Positions 1 to 13,803 of a stretch of DNA of 64,000 bases are shown in pieces (position 1 is the first letter of the stretch; each line of letters starts with the position of its first letter). The notes under the pieces were generated by a model that was given only the letters and a program-made list of their open reading frames with translations, was not told where the DNA came from and made no database searches. The position numbers were made by a program, and so were the translations under genes. The DNA comes from Amoebophrya sp. A120 (Eukaryota; Protista; Dinoflagellata). Location: the NCBI GenBank assembly GCA_905178155.1, contig CAJINV010000006.1, positions 4,092,130 through 4,156,129 on the forward strand, read 5' to 3'.

Positions 1-137
1 GTCTGTAATGCCGCTGCACTAGCTAAACACGACTACACTGCGAGCCCAAATTTGTCATGCGCGATAGCGAAAGCTTAGGGATTTGTCTAGCAGATTTCTC
101 ATCTTGACTATGGGGGGGGACGTTTTTACTCAGGATA
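1..137. mobile_element. Introner family C, partial at window edge
   Basis: Right TIR ggggacgtttttactcaggata. Confidence 0.8.
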
Positions 138-920
138 CGCCATCCGATGTGATCACCTTTCTCGGTAACAACACCGTCGCATATCCAAGGAAAAAACTGT
201 GTTAGTAGGAGGAATAGCATCACAAGTTTGCTCTGCATGACAGAGAGAGCCTGTCATGCGCGGCTAGTACTACGTGAAAACACGTACGGAATTATATATA
301 AAGAGGCTCTGACGCATGTGTCTAGCATGACAAGTGTAAACTGTTTTGCATTTTCTGCATCACAGACTTGCACTTACACAGTTTTTTTCTTGCATATCGC
401 AGCCTGACCGTGCAGTGCTTTGGCCTCGTGCTCCCTCGTGAATCCGAATTGCAGATAGAGGACCGCAAACGTGACCTCGCAGGGGATAAAAACCAGCAGG
501 AGACCGAGCAGCACAATGAGCATCGCCCGTCTGTGTCCGCTGGTTGCCGTCACCGACGCCGCTCTCGTCCGGGCCGCTATCAAATGCAAATATCCCTGGA
601 TGTCTGGAAACTTGTGATGCTGGCTTGGCAATGGTGGACACACTGCGATACGAAGCCAAGCATGGCAAGTTCTTGAGCTGCTATAAATGTGTTGCGACTT
701 CTGCACGGCAAACTGCGCTTTTGCATGACAGGCAGGCGACTCTCATCCTGCTCATGCATCACAGGGTGAGAAGTCATGAGAGACAAGCATGACAAACTTC
801 CATTCTTCCAGACCCAGATCGATATTTGCAATGCATAGCCGCCTCCACCTGCTGAAACGCTTGAGACGCCTTCTTGGCGGCGGTTAGCCGCGAACTCGGG
901 TCGTCGGCAGTCGCGTCCAT
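138..920 (-). CDS. Hypothetical membrane protein, 3'-partial (continues through the introner at 1-137 and off the window)
   Basis: Removing introners 578-837 and 182-396 (plus one TSD each) gives MDATADDPSSRLTAAKKASQAFQQVEAARTRAASVTATSGHRRAMLIVLLGLLLVFIPCEVTFAVLYLQFG...ATVLLPRKVITSDG, with a hydrophobic segment. Confidence 0.65.
182..396. mobile_element. Introner family D
   Basis: TIR tatccaaggaaaaaactgtgt; TSD tcgca. Confidence 0.85.
578..837. mobile_element. Introner family A
   Basis: TIR of tatcaaatgcaaa...tctggaa type; TSD gccgc. Confidence 0.9.
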
Positions 921-2059
921 TGTGTTGAAGATGTTCTATCAATTTCTTTTGCGACGTGTAGTATTCACAATGATCAGGTGAATTTTTATCGTAAGGTTCG
1001 TCGTGTAGAAAGCAAGATGAGGTGGCACCTTGATTTTTGGCGTACAACTTCGAAGATACTGTCGTCTTCCGTAATACAAGAACAACCTCCGAGGTCGTAA
1101 AGCAAACACTATAACACACACCTCCCCGCCTACGGAGGTGTTTCTAGTCTGTTACCAGCCAAACAAACTATAACTACCTTTGTACAACGGGACGGAACAA
1201 CATTCATGTAGAGACGAGGACGGATGCGTAGTACTTTGCACCACAACATATTATCAAATATCTATGTTGAAGAGCGACGAGTGGGCTCAGACTCGATGTT
1301 GGTGACTACGACAGAGATCGAACGGGCAACGAAAGGTAGCCGCAGTAGAGCTCGTGCGGAACGAAGATGCGAAAGTGGAGCTGTGTTCCCTTCCTTCGCG
1401 GAAGCCCAACATCACGACACTGTACAGATACAAAACTGCTTCTGATGGCGACAGATGTGATGGGTACATATCAGATCACACTGTACAGATACGACGTAGC
1501 CCCATAGATTTATAGTTTTGCAACGACCACGAATAGTACTACATTCACGACCAAGAGATCGAGAAACGAAATCGAAAAGCGAATTTCCGACCTCCCACGA
1601 CGATCGTACGTTCTCCTAGAAGATTATAGGTTTTCACGCTAATTCTTGCCCGGCCTGTCCTTTAGCTCAGATCTCATCTTCATCGAAGCTTGCAAATTGA
1701 AATTCGCTCACGAAACACATATGATGTGAATAAGAATACCTCGCAAAAATAAAGGCAAATCAAAAAGAAAAAATCTTTTATTGTTCCTCGTTTCAAGAAA
1801 CTTCTACCCTGGTACCGGTCCTCACCAGACCGTCCGGTAAAGCAGAATTCCTCTGCGACAAAAGTTCTTCGAAGTAGATGTGGCCCGAAGAGAAAATAGA
1901 CCACAGCGAATTTTTGCCTAAATAACCACTTTTGCAAAAAAGTAAATCTGGAGGGGGTAAGTATCATTTTCTTGTCTTCCGCTCGAAGATCAGAATCGCA
2001 AAATCTGAATCAATCGTACAAACTCTTGGAGAAACATTTTTCCTCCTGTTATATAAAAT

Positions 2060-5000
2060 TTACTCCGATGTGAGATCCACCATTTCCGTTTCTCTCTCTG
2101 GAATCCGGCCCCGCTTGGCAGTTCTAGGTCTTGCACTACAATCATCGTCTTCACTATCACTGACCACGATAGCAGATTCTTGTTCTCCTTGTTCTACTCT
2201 TGTCTGATTCAGCATCTCCACGTTAGCCCCAACACTGATTTCCGGCAGCCGAAACTTCGTACTGGTGCATCCAACACTGATTTCCGGCAGCCGAAACTTC
2301 GTAGAGATAGAAGTTGTCCTGGTGCATCTACTATTAGCTGCTGCCGCGGCACCGCTCCCGGGGTTTTTGTACTTTAGTTGTTCTTCTTGTTGCGCCGCCG
2401 CGGTCGTGGGAAATGAACCGAAGTTTTGGTTTTCATCGCACACGACCCCAGGCAGACGGAAAAAGGACGCGTGCGCATCACTGTCGTCGTTTTTGTTGCA
2501 ATAAGCCAGCTTCTTTTTCTCACTCGCATCCCCTACTTCCTCGGTGAGATCGATAACACCAGTGCTGTTGCCGTTTATTCCTGTGGGTTCTTGTTGTACC
2601 ATCTCGACGTCGCGAGTAGAGTCTGCTTCTTGTTCCCCAACATCAAAGTGCTGCTGTTCCCCGAAGTAAAAACGACCAGGGCCCTCCCGAAAGTGGGCCA
2701 CCTTGTTGTTCTTATTCAAAATTTCGCCACTGTAGTTCTGGTTCACAAAGAACTTTTTCAAACCAAATGAATTATCTCCATCGTCACGACCCATTTGCTC
2801 CACCGCTGAACCACTGCTGCGGTCCCCGTCGGAAGAAAAAACGTCAACGTCTTCCTCGTCCGAGCCCGCAAACAGCACGTGATCCGGGATTTTTTCTCGC
2901 GCTCCTCGCGGTTGTTGAAAATAATGGCTGCTGTGGCCTGCTGCTCTGTTGTGATCCGACCCTGATGATGAAGAAGTCGACGATGGTACCGGGCCCTCCT
3001 GCTGCATCAGGCCCGCGAAGAGGGTGAGACTGCTATCTTCTTCCAATCTTTCTCCTAGAAGTTGCGCCTGTAGTTCCTTCTCATCATCCAGATAGTTGCC
3101 GTTGCAGGCGAGTTGGTCACTCACTTGATGTAGTTCCTGGTCATCCACCAGAACCATTGCCATGTCCTCCGCGTGGTCCACCTCTCCTGTTTGTTCCAAA
3201 GGAGAAGTGCTTCTTCTACCGTCATTTGTGATGCAGTTCAGCAGCTGCTTCTTGTTCATCTGCAGTTTATCCGTTTGTTCCAGTTTTTTCCTAATCGTCT
3301 TGTGAATTGCAAAAATGTGTGGGTCTGGAAGAATGCAAGTTTGTCATGCTTGTCTGGCATGACTCGAGAATCTGTGTTGCATAGGCACGAAAAGGCCCTC
3401 TTACCTGTCACGCAACGACGCAGTTTGCCATGCATAATACGTAAGACACGGCAGCCAAAAAATTTGTCATGCATAGCTGGTATTCCAGTGCGCCTATCAT
3501 TCACTTTTAGCATTACAAGCTTCCAGACCCAGATATTTTTGCAATCCATACGCCTCCTCCACCCGCAACTGGTCCCGTTCCAGCTCATATCAAAAGGAAA
3601 AATCCCCCCTCCCCATATCGAACCCGAAATTTGTGATGCTGTATTTGAGTACACAAATCGACTTGTATTGCTAGAAGGCCAAGAAACGTAGTCGCGGCCT
3701 TAATTGCAGGCAATAATTTGTCATGCTGTTTCCCACTTCCAGTTGCTCTCTGTCATGTTGAAGATGCAAGGCTTTCCTATGTCGCCCAGCACTACAGTCC
3801 GCTTCTTTTGCCTTCTAGCATCATGACAACAGTATTTGTGGTCACAAATCATGCTACACAAATCTCCGCTCCAGTATGGGGAGGGGGCATTTTTCATTTT
3901 GATATCTCATCCCTGACATTCATCGCCCCCACCCCCAGTCCGCCCTGCTTATGCAGGAACCGGTCGAACAAGCATGCGTAGGAATGCAGGTTCGCGACCT
4001 CCTCCTCCTCCGTCGCCGCCTTGATCCACTTGTGGCCGTAGAAGTGCCGAATGGGGAGATCTTTTTTCTCCACGAGGGTCCAGCCCGTGGTCTTTTTGCT
4101 CGCAGTGCTGGAGGTTGCTGATGTTTCTTGGGAATTTGCCGGGAGATGATGAACGCCGGCTTCTTTGATATCCTCTCCGACTTGGACTTCACGGAGGACC
4201 AGATCAGTAGCTCCTGACGACGTTCCTCGTCCACCCGTCGTAGTTGTCTTGCGCGGTGGAAAATAAGGTACTAAATTTTCATTTGCCGACGCCTTCAGGG
4301 TCAGGTCGCTGTTATTGTTGTTCTCCTCCTCCGCCAGCACGATAGCAGATGTTCCGCCACCAACAGAAGCGGTTGTCGAAACTTTTTTATTTCCTTGCTC
4401 GTCCACTAGGTGCTGCAACAACCTCTTCGGAACCCTTGTACTCACATGCGGACAGACCCTGCGGAGGTGGTGAATCGCTTTGTGGTGGATGGAACAGGAG
4501 GCGGTGTTCTTGCGAAAAGCAGCGCCTCCATTATGCAGCTGCGCTCCTTTATGATTTTTCAACCCGATCCTTCCGATGTCAAACTGGATTCTCTTCTTCA
4601 TCCTCCGCTGCTTCTCTCTGTCTTCAAATTGTTTCTGCAAAAGCAGCCTCGCCTGCTGTTTCCGTTCCTTGTTCTGCAAGGCGTTTTTGGACGCACCAGG
4701 CTGGTTGTCGATAGTTTGTTCTTTCCTATCCACCATGCGGGAAGAAGATGAGGAGGACGATAATTGAGCACGGGGAACAGCAGCAGCAGCGGGTCCACCT
4801 GCAGTTGTATTTTTCGCAGCGGATTTGTCCGCGCTCTTGTTCTCCTCGTCGGCAGCCGGGAAGAAGTTTTTAAAGTCGGAAAGTTCCAAATCGGAATCGT
4901 TGGACGAAAGGTCATTTTTCTCTGACCCGCTGCCGAACTCGTTGTCATAAAAATTGTCAGAAGATGTACCATCACCGTCGTTCCTCAATTCTTCCTGATC

Positions 5001-5147
5001 CAAGGCGATGTCCTCCTGGCCCCAAGTTTCCGCTCCCTGCATGAAATAATCTTCAGAGAGCAGCAGTTTTTCCGTCTGGCGGTGTTCCTCCTGAAGAATG
5101 CTCAGGACTTGTCCGGACCTGGGGGAAGGCGCAGATGTTGGCATCAT
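2060..5147 (-). CDS. Hypothetical low-complexity protein (~836 aa), 2 introners
   Basis: ORFs 3894-5147 and 2060-3259 join in frame (...VRDELERDQLRVEEAIRKKLEQTDKLQMNKK...) after removing 3588-3904 and 3301-3550; spliced length 2511 nt. Confidence 0.75.
3301..3550. mobile_element. Introner family A
   Basis: TIRs; TSD cgtct/cgcct. Confidence 0.9.
3588..3904. mobile_element. Introner family B
   Basis: TIR tatcaaaaggaaaaatcccccctccccata; TSD gctca/tctca. Confidence 0.9.
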
Positions 5148-7433
5148 GATGATTTTGGGCGCGCAGTAGATGTAAAGGCTGTTGAAGATAAAGCGTGCTG
5201 CCGTGTGCTCTTACCGTCGTATCGGGATGATATTCTAATTCTGGTCGCGCAAGTTTGTACTACTTTTTCAACTTAAGTAACATTTTTCTACCGCGGTGTA
5301 GATCTACTTCTTCCCATCTTTATAATGGAAAGGGCGCTTTCAACATCGCAGTCACATTTGCACGCACTACCCTCAGAAACGAACTCTCTTTAGGAAACTA
5401 TGCACACAACGCTCCGTCTCTACTCAAGTTCACTCGTCACAACAAAAACTCCTAGCTACGACATCTTGTTTGGACACGATTTGCAGACTTGCTCTTTTGC
5501 GGGGTTTGTCTTGTCGAAAGATGAGACCGGTGGAGTCAGTTTTGCTTGCTGCTACTTTCACTTGCCATTCGTTGCAGCATTCCGCTCAAGGAATAATCGC
5601 GCCGCGCGACCGAGGTTTTTTTTCAGAGGACCGCCCTCTCGCACCACATGCGCCCAGCATTGGCGCTTCGATGCTAAACACGACACGCCGGGCGTTGGGC
5701 TGAGTGCGAACGGAGCACGGAGCCGCCGTGTGACATTGCTTGCCCGAGGCGCTGCAGGTGTGCCAACGAGCAGAAGAGCCCGGGTGGCGTCCTCGAACCA
5801 ACGCGGGCGCACCGTTGCCGGCCGCCAGAGCGGGGATCGCGCGCGCGCAATCGCCACCGACGCGGGCGCGCAGGCAACTTCGAGAATACGGCCCGCCCGT
5901 ACCCAGGAAGCGCGGGCCCCGCGCAGGCGCAACGACGAAGAAATCGGGCGGCCTAGAGCCACCGCCGGGGGGGCCAGCTCCGCCCCCCGGCAATGGCTTC
6001 GGCGCGCGCCCGAAATGCGGCCCAACCAGGCGCGGCCGGGGGGCCGGCAGAGGCCCGGCGGGCGGGCGGGCGGGCTAAAGGCGGAGCCGTTCACGAAGAA
6101 GCGAGGGGCTTGGAGCCCTCTGCTGAGCCATCTGCGCTTGAACTTGGAAAGTCCGCCGGTGGCTCTATCGCATTTAATTGCGATAACCACTCTGCTCGTC
6201 ATTGCTCGGCTTGCCGGCTTCGCTGTTCGGAGGTTCTCCAGAACCGTCCGCGCCATGCCTGCGGGGGCCGGCGCTGACTCCGTCCGGCGGGGGGATGTCA
6301 CAGACGCGTGGCCCGCCAGCGCCCCAAGGCGGCCGAAACACCGCCAAGGGCAAACCGGCACACCCGCCCGCGCCCCGGCGCCGTCCGGTCCGTCCGCCCC
6401 CCCCCGAAGGCGCCCGACCCGCTACCGCCGGCCGCCCCGGCGCGTCGGCGGATGTCTGCCGCGAACGTGTGGCCCGGGGGCCCGTTGCGTCCCGGAAGTC
6501 TGGCACATGCCTGGCCCACTTCGCCCCCCCCGCGTTTGCGTAGCTGATTCCGGGGCTGGCCGTTGTAGCTTCCCCGGTCGCCGTTGGTCTGCGGATGCGC
6601 GGGCGCGCGGCGAAGGGCGGCGGTATAGAATAGGCCAAAGCGCTGCGGCCGCGCAGGGCTTTCCTGGCGCCAAACGGGGGGCCGGCGAGGCCTTTGGACG
6701 TGTGCGGGCCCGCCCAAAACCATCACCATCGCACTGCACTGGTTTCCAGGTCGCGGAGTCGCAGTAAGCCACAGCCGGGAGGTTGTCGGCGCCGGCACGC
6801 GGCCGAGGGCCTGGCAGCCAAGGGCCCACCCGCGGCCCCGGCTCCGGCGAGCGGGCGGAGCGACCGAGCCCGCCTAAGCGGCGGCCGCGCGCCCGCACCG
6901 CCGTGCCTGGCGGGGGGCGCACTGCTGGCGGTGCTGATGCCGCCCGGCAAGTAGATCAGCGGCGCCAGGGCGAACATCTGAACCGGGCCCGCCATGGAGG
7001 AATTGGCCAGCCCGTTCGCTGACAGAGGCTGGCGCGCCGGGCATGTAGGTTCCGGACTTCGGGGCCCGGGTTCCCCACGCCTGAGGCCGCGACCCGCTTG
7101 CGCGACTGGTGCGCGGAGGCTCCTGTTTTGTTGTGCGCCCGTGGTATTGGGTATGATTTTCCGGACCCGCTGACCACTAGCACGCGGGCACACGACAGCA
7201 CGCACTCACAAACACACACAACACAACGGATAGAAAAACAGCCCGCGGCCTCCTTTCTCGAAGCCCGGCTCCCCACGGCTTTCTCAAAGCCCGGCTACCT
7301 CAAAGCCCGGCAGGAACAGGATAAAGCAGCTGCTCATACACATTTGCGTCAACTTTCGCGGAAGTCGCTTCATGAACTTCGAAGAAGAACTGCTGAAAAA
7401 TTCAAATCTTACACAACTGCGAGCAAGTTCATT

Positions 7434-10400
7434 TCATTTCAAAACCGTCGTGTAAGTGACGCGACAGAAGTGGTCAAGAATACGATTATTCAACAGCTCT
7501 GAATCATACAAGGGCTTCGCCCTACTTTCATCCACCCCTTCTCTACCATCCTGTTTCCTACCCGTCGCTTTCCCGCCTTTAAACGTCTTCCAAATCCACT
7601 CCGGGTGTTCATTCTCAACTACAGCTGCTGTGGTTTTGCCTTTATTGTTCATCTTCCCTGCTTCCTCTTTAGAAGTACTTGCTGACCCCACGGCACTACT
7701 TCTAGTATTCCCCGTTCCACCACCTCCCCCCTTCGCAGGAGCAGCGCCAGACTCACCACAACTCGTCATGCTACTTCCGCCCGTGCTCCTCGTCATGCTT
7801 GACGCAACTGCCAACGACGTCGTGGTTGTTTCATGTCGGGGAGCCGATGTTTCATGTTCGCCAGCATGAAGATCTGCTGCTACTTCATTCCCGCCTCCAC
7901 CTCCGGTAATAAACATTGTTGCACCAGCACTCGCCGAGGTAGTTGAACTGGGAACGCAGGAACTCATCGACCCACCGCGGCCATGAAAATCCTCACTAGT
8001 GCCGGAACTATCCTTTTCAACTTTTGCCACATGCCCCGACACGTGTTCCTCATCCAAAACGTAGTTGACGTAGTGGAAAAACCTCTGCGAGTCCTTCAAC
8101 TCCCGTTCCTCGTCTATCCTGTGTAAAAAGAACGTCCCCGCCTCAGCGTCAATGATTGCGAACTTAGCATGCCACGAAGTTATCATGGGAGTGGTCACGC
8201 ATGAGAAGATTTTCCTCGCGGTACTATTGTAGTGACAAAGCCAGTTGTTGAAAGCGTTACAAATTCCAAGAAACGACTGGAAATGAGTCCCATGGGGAGG
8301 CGCATTAGAACAAGTGCTCGCTCCTGTAATTGCAAATCTGCATGAAGACAACTCCCGGGTGGGGACGTTTCTGCGCAGGATATCGTCGTAGAAGTAACTC
8401 TGCTTGATGTCCGCGAGCATCGCGTGCAAGCTTTTGTTGGCCGCCTGCCGCCGCTTTTTGTCTTTCCGCATGGTCTGCAGGATTTCCCCCTTCCGCAAGT
8501 ATCCTGAGGAAAAACGTCCCCGCCCCATTTGCATATAATACGGAAACGTTTGTAATGCGCATCCGCATGTGAGGGATTTCTAGTGGAGTTTTCGTATTTG
8601 CAATCCTGCAACCAGGATAAGCAGATGGATTTGTGATGCGGCTGTACCCGCTAAGAACGCGCACTAAACTACAGAAACAAGCTTGCCATGCGTGACCCCC
8701 AAAACTTCTGGATCTGTGTTGTAAGATTATCAACTTTTACGCTGGGGAGGTGGGGACATTTTTTTCCCCAGGATAGCGAGTTCGGGTTCGTTAATTCCCG
8801 CAGAGCCTTCGCATACTTGTTCGACCGCCACCGCTTCACGATCTTGTTCTTCGCATTGATCTGTCGCTCTAGCTCCTCCTGTTCCAATATGACAGCGCGC
8901 AACCCCCCTTCTCCCTCATTTGTCATGCAAAATACCCAATCCACCCTTTGCCTCTTGGCACTGTTTGCATGACAAGTTCTGGTAGCCCAAAAAGCACTCA
9001 AATGATCGAGTGCAAATTTGTTATGCAAAACCGGCACTCTTGCTGATGCCTGTATTGCCGTTCATGCTACACAAATGAGGGGAAGAAGAAGTTGCGCACT
9101 GTCATATCCAACCGACGCTGTTCCTGGACCAAGCGGATATCTGCGATCACAAGAAAAAGTGCTAGAACATTTACGGTTTTCACAGATTGCAGCCATGCAT
9201 CACAAATCTAGCCTAGTATGCATGCTATGCATGACAAATTTGGGCACGTTTTGTGATGCATTGCCGCATCACAAATTCCGTAAACGCTAAAGCACCTTTT
9301 CCTGTGATATCTGCCTCCGCAAATGCATCTTGGAGTTGCTGTTCCGGGGATTCGGGATTCGCACTGTACCTCCGGTTGGTCGGGATCCGCGTGTTTTCAG
9401 CGTTAAAATAAGAAGTAGATGCGCTAGTATCTACTTCGTAGTTCCCAACAGCAGCAGCACCAGCAGCAGCACGAGAAGTAGAGGTGGACGTAGATGAAAA
9501 GGTTGTTCCCGCGATTCGTGATTTGTCTTTTGAAACGGGAGCTGAACTACTTGCGCCAGACGGTTTAGTTGTATTTCGTGGCACAGAAGTACCAGTTGCT
9601 TCATCGAAGTTGTTCTTTCTTGTGTGAAAATCTTCGAACGAAACTGCGGAATGAGCCTTGCTGGGGGCTCGGTAGTTGCTGTAGGGTGCTTGTTTTGGGT
9701 TTTGGCTGCTAGTCTGGCTCAGCGGGGGGTGGTCGTGTGCAACAGCGGCCACTCCGGCTCGAGACGCTGATTCTGCAAGATGAACCGCGGGCGGTGGTGC
9801 GGTCGTCGTCCGCGCAGGTTGTTGTACTCCTACACCTACATTTGCTGGTGCAGCTTTCATCATCATTCCGGGTTCTGTTTTATATTCCTGCTGCCGTCCA
9901 CTCGTCCTCTCCGTCACTTGTTCATGCTGCACATCGGCGACTTCGTCCGCCGTAGACCCGGAATCACCTGTGCCACTGACAACTCTGACGTGCGTTACCA
10001 CGGCTGGTAGTGGAGGGTGGAACATGGTCTCATCTCCTCGTGGTTGTGGTTCTCCTTCATGCGCCACGAAAGATGAACTCGTCACGGGAGTCGCCTTCTG
10101 ATCCTCGTCCTTGTTTTTCTGTGCGCTGTCTTGTACCGTGCCAGGGTGGCGTGCGTGTGCCCCCGGTGGTTGTTCTTGCTGCTCTTTGGTGAAACTACTA
10201 CTGTCTCGCCTCCCCACCATGGAAGAAGATGTGGCTTTACCTGCACCAGTAAGGAGTCCCGCGGCTGGAGGAACGACAAACGGTTCGTTTTTCAAAGTGA
10301 CATTCTGGCTGTCAACAGGATCGATTTGACCATAATGGTCCGCCGCGTTTCGTCCATCTTCCCTCGCTGCTGCCTCTTCCTCTTTGCTCAACACAATCAC

Positions 10401-13400
10401 CTCAGTTCCCGTGGCGTTCAAAGGCAATGACTGCAAGGACCGGGCACTGAACTGCGGTTCTTTGCATGCGACGTCATTTGTTCCCGGTCCTGTTCCTGGC
10501 GGAGGTTCTTCTAGTACTTCTTCCCGCCTGCCAGCTGATCTTTGTCGTTCCTGGCGCTTGCTATTCTTGTTGTTCTCCTTTGCGCTAGTATTTGAGTCCT
10601 GCTGTCGCCGAGTGGGGCGTCCGGGAGGTAGTCCAGGCCTGAGCAACCGCTCGGAGCCTTTCTTGCTGTCGCCCAGTGGGGCGTCGGGGAGGTAGTCCAG
10701 GTGGCCCAGCTCAAGTATTGTTCTGCTTCCCGCCTCTACGGGAGCAGGAGTACTAGTCGCAGGAACACCGGTGTTGGCCCTGCTGTCGAGCAGCATTTGC
10801 TGCTGTGACGGAAGGCGAGTAACCAGGCTTGGCACGACAGCAGGTGGCTGCGCAATGGCAACTGCTGGTCGTTCTTCTAGTTCCATTTCATCTTTGAAGC
10901 CCTGCTGCAGAAATTCTTCTTGTACCCCTCTTTCCCCTGCAGGATCTTCTTCCGCCACTAGCACCAATCCATTTTGTTCCTCATCTTCCAGCCGTTCCAA
11001 GTCTTCTTTCAGCATCTCCAGCACAGAGGACGAGGATTTCTTTCGCAATTTCTCTTTCGGAAAATCATCATGCTGTAATTTCTGCTGCTGCTGCTGCTGT
11101 TGTTTTTGAAACAGTGTGGTAAATGCGCTCTCCGCGATCTTTCCGGGTTCTTGTTTCATCGGTTTAATATTGTTCCTGACAACTGCAGGCGCATAATCCC
11201 TCGACCGCATGGCTAACTTCCTAGCCATCAGACCGGAAACGAGAGACAATTCTTCCAGATAGGCAGCCTCGAAACTCGTGCTATGGGGGGCGTCTTCATG
11301 ACGAAGAAGTTCTTGTGACAAACCTTCCTCGTCGTTCTTCCCTTGCAATGCCTGTAATGATGTTCCTAGTCCTACCTGCGCGCCAACAGTACTAGCCGCG
11401 TGTCGCGCAGCACGCTCGGTTCTTTTCTCCGAGCCGCTTCTGGTCAATCGCAAAACGGATTTCAACATGTGAACCGTTCGGGAGAATTTGCTCCTTTTCC
11501 GCTTCGGAGGGGAAGAAGTAGGAGAAGCTTTTGCAATTTCTCCTGCAGCTGCTGTTCTACTTCTATCAAGATCATACCGCCCAACATTCAGAAACTCTTG
11601 GTGGATCAAGGAGGTGAGTGAAGCCGTGGAACTCGAGGAGGAAAAGGCGATTTGGTTAGAGGCATCGTGGTCAACATCGTACTTCCGACTGGTGCTGGAA
11701 GATGCGCTACTAGAGAGGACGCCTGCACCTGTTCTACTCGCGGAGGATGCTTTGCTGGTCGAACGGGACAGGATTTTCCCTTGATGCTGTACGCTACTCT
11801 GCATGTCGAATGATCTTCCCTGCGAGTGCTGCTGCCCAGTATCGTAGTCATTTTCAACGTCCTCACCTCCACCTCCCGGCGCAACCTTCGCTGTCACTTT
11901 TCCCCGTCTTGAAGAAGAGGAGTTCTTTTTCCGTAGCAGTTTCGCAACCACCCGCGCAACTCTCTCCGTCGTGGAGGAGGATCTTGATCTGGGTAATTTC
12001 GGTGGTTGTTCTACCTGTTTTGGAGATGGTTCTTGCTTCCCCTGCCCAAAGGCCACCTCGTCCTGTTGGTCCAGGGTAATAGTATTCCGATGCTCGTCCC
12101 CAACTTCCCCACGAGTAAGCAACCTTGAAGTCGTCTGTAGTTGTTGTGCCGTAGTAGTTTTTGCCCGCTTAGCAGAAGGTTTCTTTAGTTCAGAAGTTCT
12201 CGTCGTCTCCCGCTGGTCTTCCTTTTCCTGCCCTGCAGCGCGCCTAACAGGACGCACCGGCGCTGTGGCAGATTTACTGAACTTCTTCTTTGCTTGAACC
12301 TTTTCTTCGGTTGCGGTGACTAAAGGGGCTCGCTGTACGTCAACTTCTTGTAGTTCTGAAGGGCGGCCGAGAAAAGGTTCAGTTGCAGTTGGGTTTTGTG
12401 CAGCGGAATTGTTGCTGTTGAATACGTCCATCAAATTGTCGGCTTCCTCCTCCTCTTCCTCCGTGCCCGTCTGTTGGTCGAGGAGGAAAGAGGTCTTGTT
12501 ATCCAATGATACAACGCCGCGGTCACTTGTTTTCTTATTGTTCTCACCAGCCAGCTGCACGACCGTGTCAACAACATCATGATCATCTTCAGCAGGATAC
12601 TGATTTTCCAGCCCTCGTTCTTCGTCCACTGGTGATATGATCGCACCCGCTGGCACCGTATCAACTGTAAAAATGTCTGGGTCTGGAAGATTCTGACACT
12701 TGTCATGCACGTTTTGCATGAGCCATGATGTCTGTGATGCATACCCTAGCAATGCAGATTTTTTGAGGGCTTCCTGATGCCTATTCCGCATGACAAATGC
12801 CTTCTCAGCGTAGCAAACATTGCATTCCCTTTGGTACTCATGCAATACAGATTTTTTTTAGAATACAAAAATAGCACTACAAGTTGCATCCTTCCAGACC
12901 CAGACACTTTTACATTTGATACACTGGCGGTGGTAGCGGGACCTTCACTTTCGGCGCTTGTAGCGGGACGGGATTTGCTGGTGGCGCAGAAGTTCTTGTT
13001 CCGGAGGACGACTTCTTTGGGGCTTGCATCTTCGTATTCTCTTGGTCATCAACACTGCTTGTTATTTTTCCGCCAGTAGAAAAATCTTCTTGTTCAATAG
13101 AACTAGAAGTTCTTGTGTTCGCCTGTGGTTCTTGCAGCATGGCAGCATTCTGGCTGTCGCCAATAGAACTAGAGGACTTCGCTTTTTTCCTCAGGCCATC
13201 GTCCTTCCGCGTTGAAACGTTCGAATTGGAAGGTGAGGACGTTCTTGCGTGTTTGACTTTGATTTTATCCACCTTCCGCGGCGGTGGCGGAGGAGGAGGT
13301 GGTGAAACAAGTCGACTGGAGCCGGAGCCAGAACCGCCGGAGATCTCGCCGCTGCTAGCCGTATGCTCCTGTGGTCCTCCACCACGGTCGTGAAAAAGAC

Positions 13401-13803
13401 TACTTTGCTTATGTGAAGAGCTGCCAAAAGACAGCTTTTGTTCGTCAAGAAGCTCTTCCTGTTCCTCGTCTGGTGGTTTATTAGAAGATGCAGCAGCAGC
13501 AGCTCCACCTCCGGTTGTATTTTGATCATCCTCTGCAGTTTCAACTTGATTGCCCTGTGTGCCTGCTTCTGACGAAGATTTAGATTTCTTGTCCGAGATA
13601 GAATTAAACGAGTGCTCCGACATCAAGGATTCCTCCTCCCGCTCCCTCGCCAACGCGCCCCAGGAGTCCTCACTCGGGTCGGGGAAGCTTTTGGCGTCTG
13701 CTTCGTTGTCGGTTGGGTTGGCGGGATGGCGTTGTTGGTCCGGCAGGTCGGGGCGTTCAGGCTCTTCAAGATGATCGCTGTCTTCTTCACTGGAGGACAT
13801 CAT
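7434..13803 (-). CDS. Hypothetical low-complexity protein (~1717 aa), 5 introners
   Basis: Five introners removed give one 5154-nt frame joining ORFs 12910-13803, 9225-12845, 8669-9037 and 7434-8534. Confidence 0.75.
8115..8382. mobile_element. Introner family C (in-frame, stop-free)
   Basis: TIRs; TSD tcgtc. Confidence 0.9.
8500..8775. mobile_element. Introner family C
   Basis: TIR tatcctgaggaaaaacgtcccc; TSD gcaag/gcgag. Confidence 0.9.
8888..9106. mobile_element. Introner family F
   Basis: TIR tatgacagcgcgcaac...ccctcatt; TSD tccaa. Confidence 0.9.
9145..9309. mobile_element. Introner family D-like (short)
   Basis: TIR atcacaagaaaaagtgc; TSD tctgc. Confidence 0.85.
12659..12921. mobile_element. 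Introner family A
   Basis: TIRs; TSD caccg/cactg. Confidence 0.9.

Noticed and set aside
5400-7276. Overlapping Arg/Pro/Gly-rich ORFs (also 14.2-15.3, 22.3-23.3, 30.6-31.5 and 63.4-63.8 kb)
   Set aside because: Expected from very high GC; open in many frames with no protein-like signal
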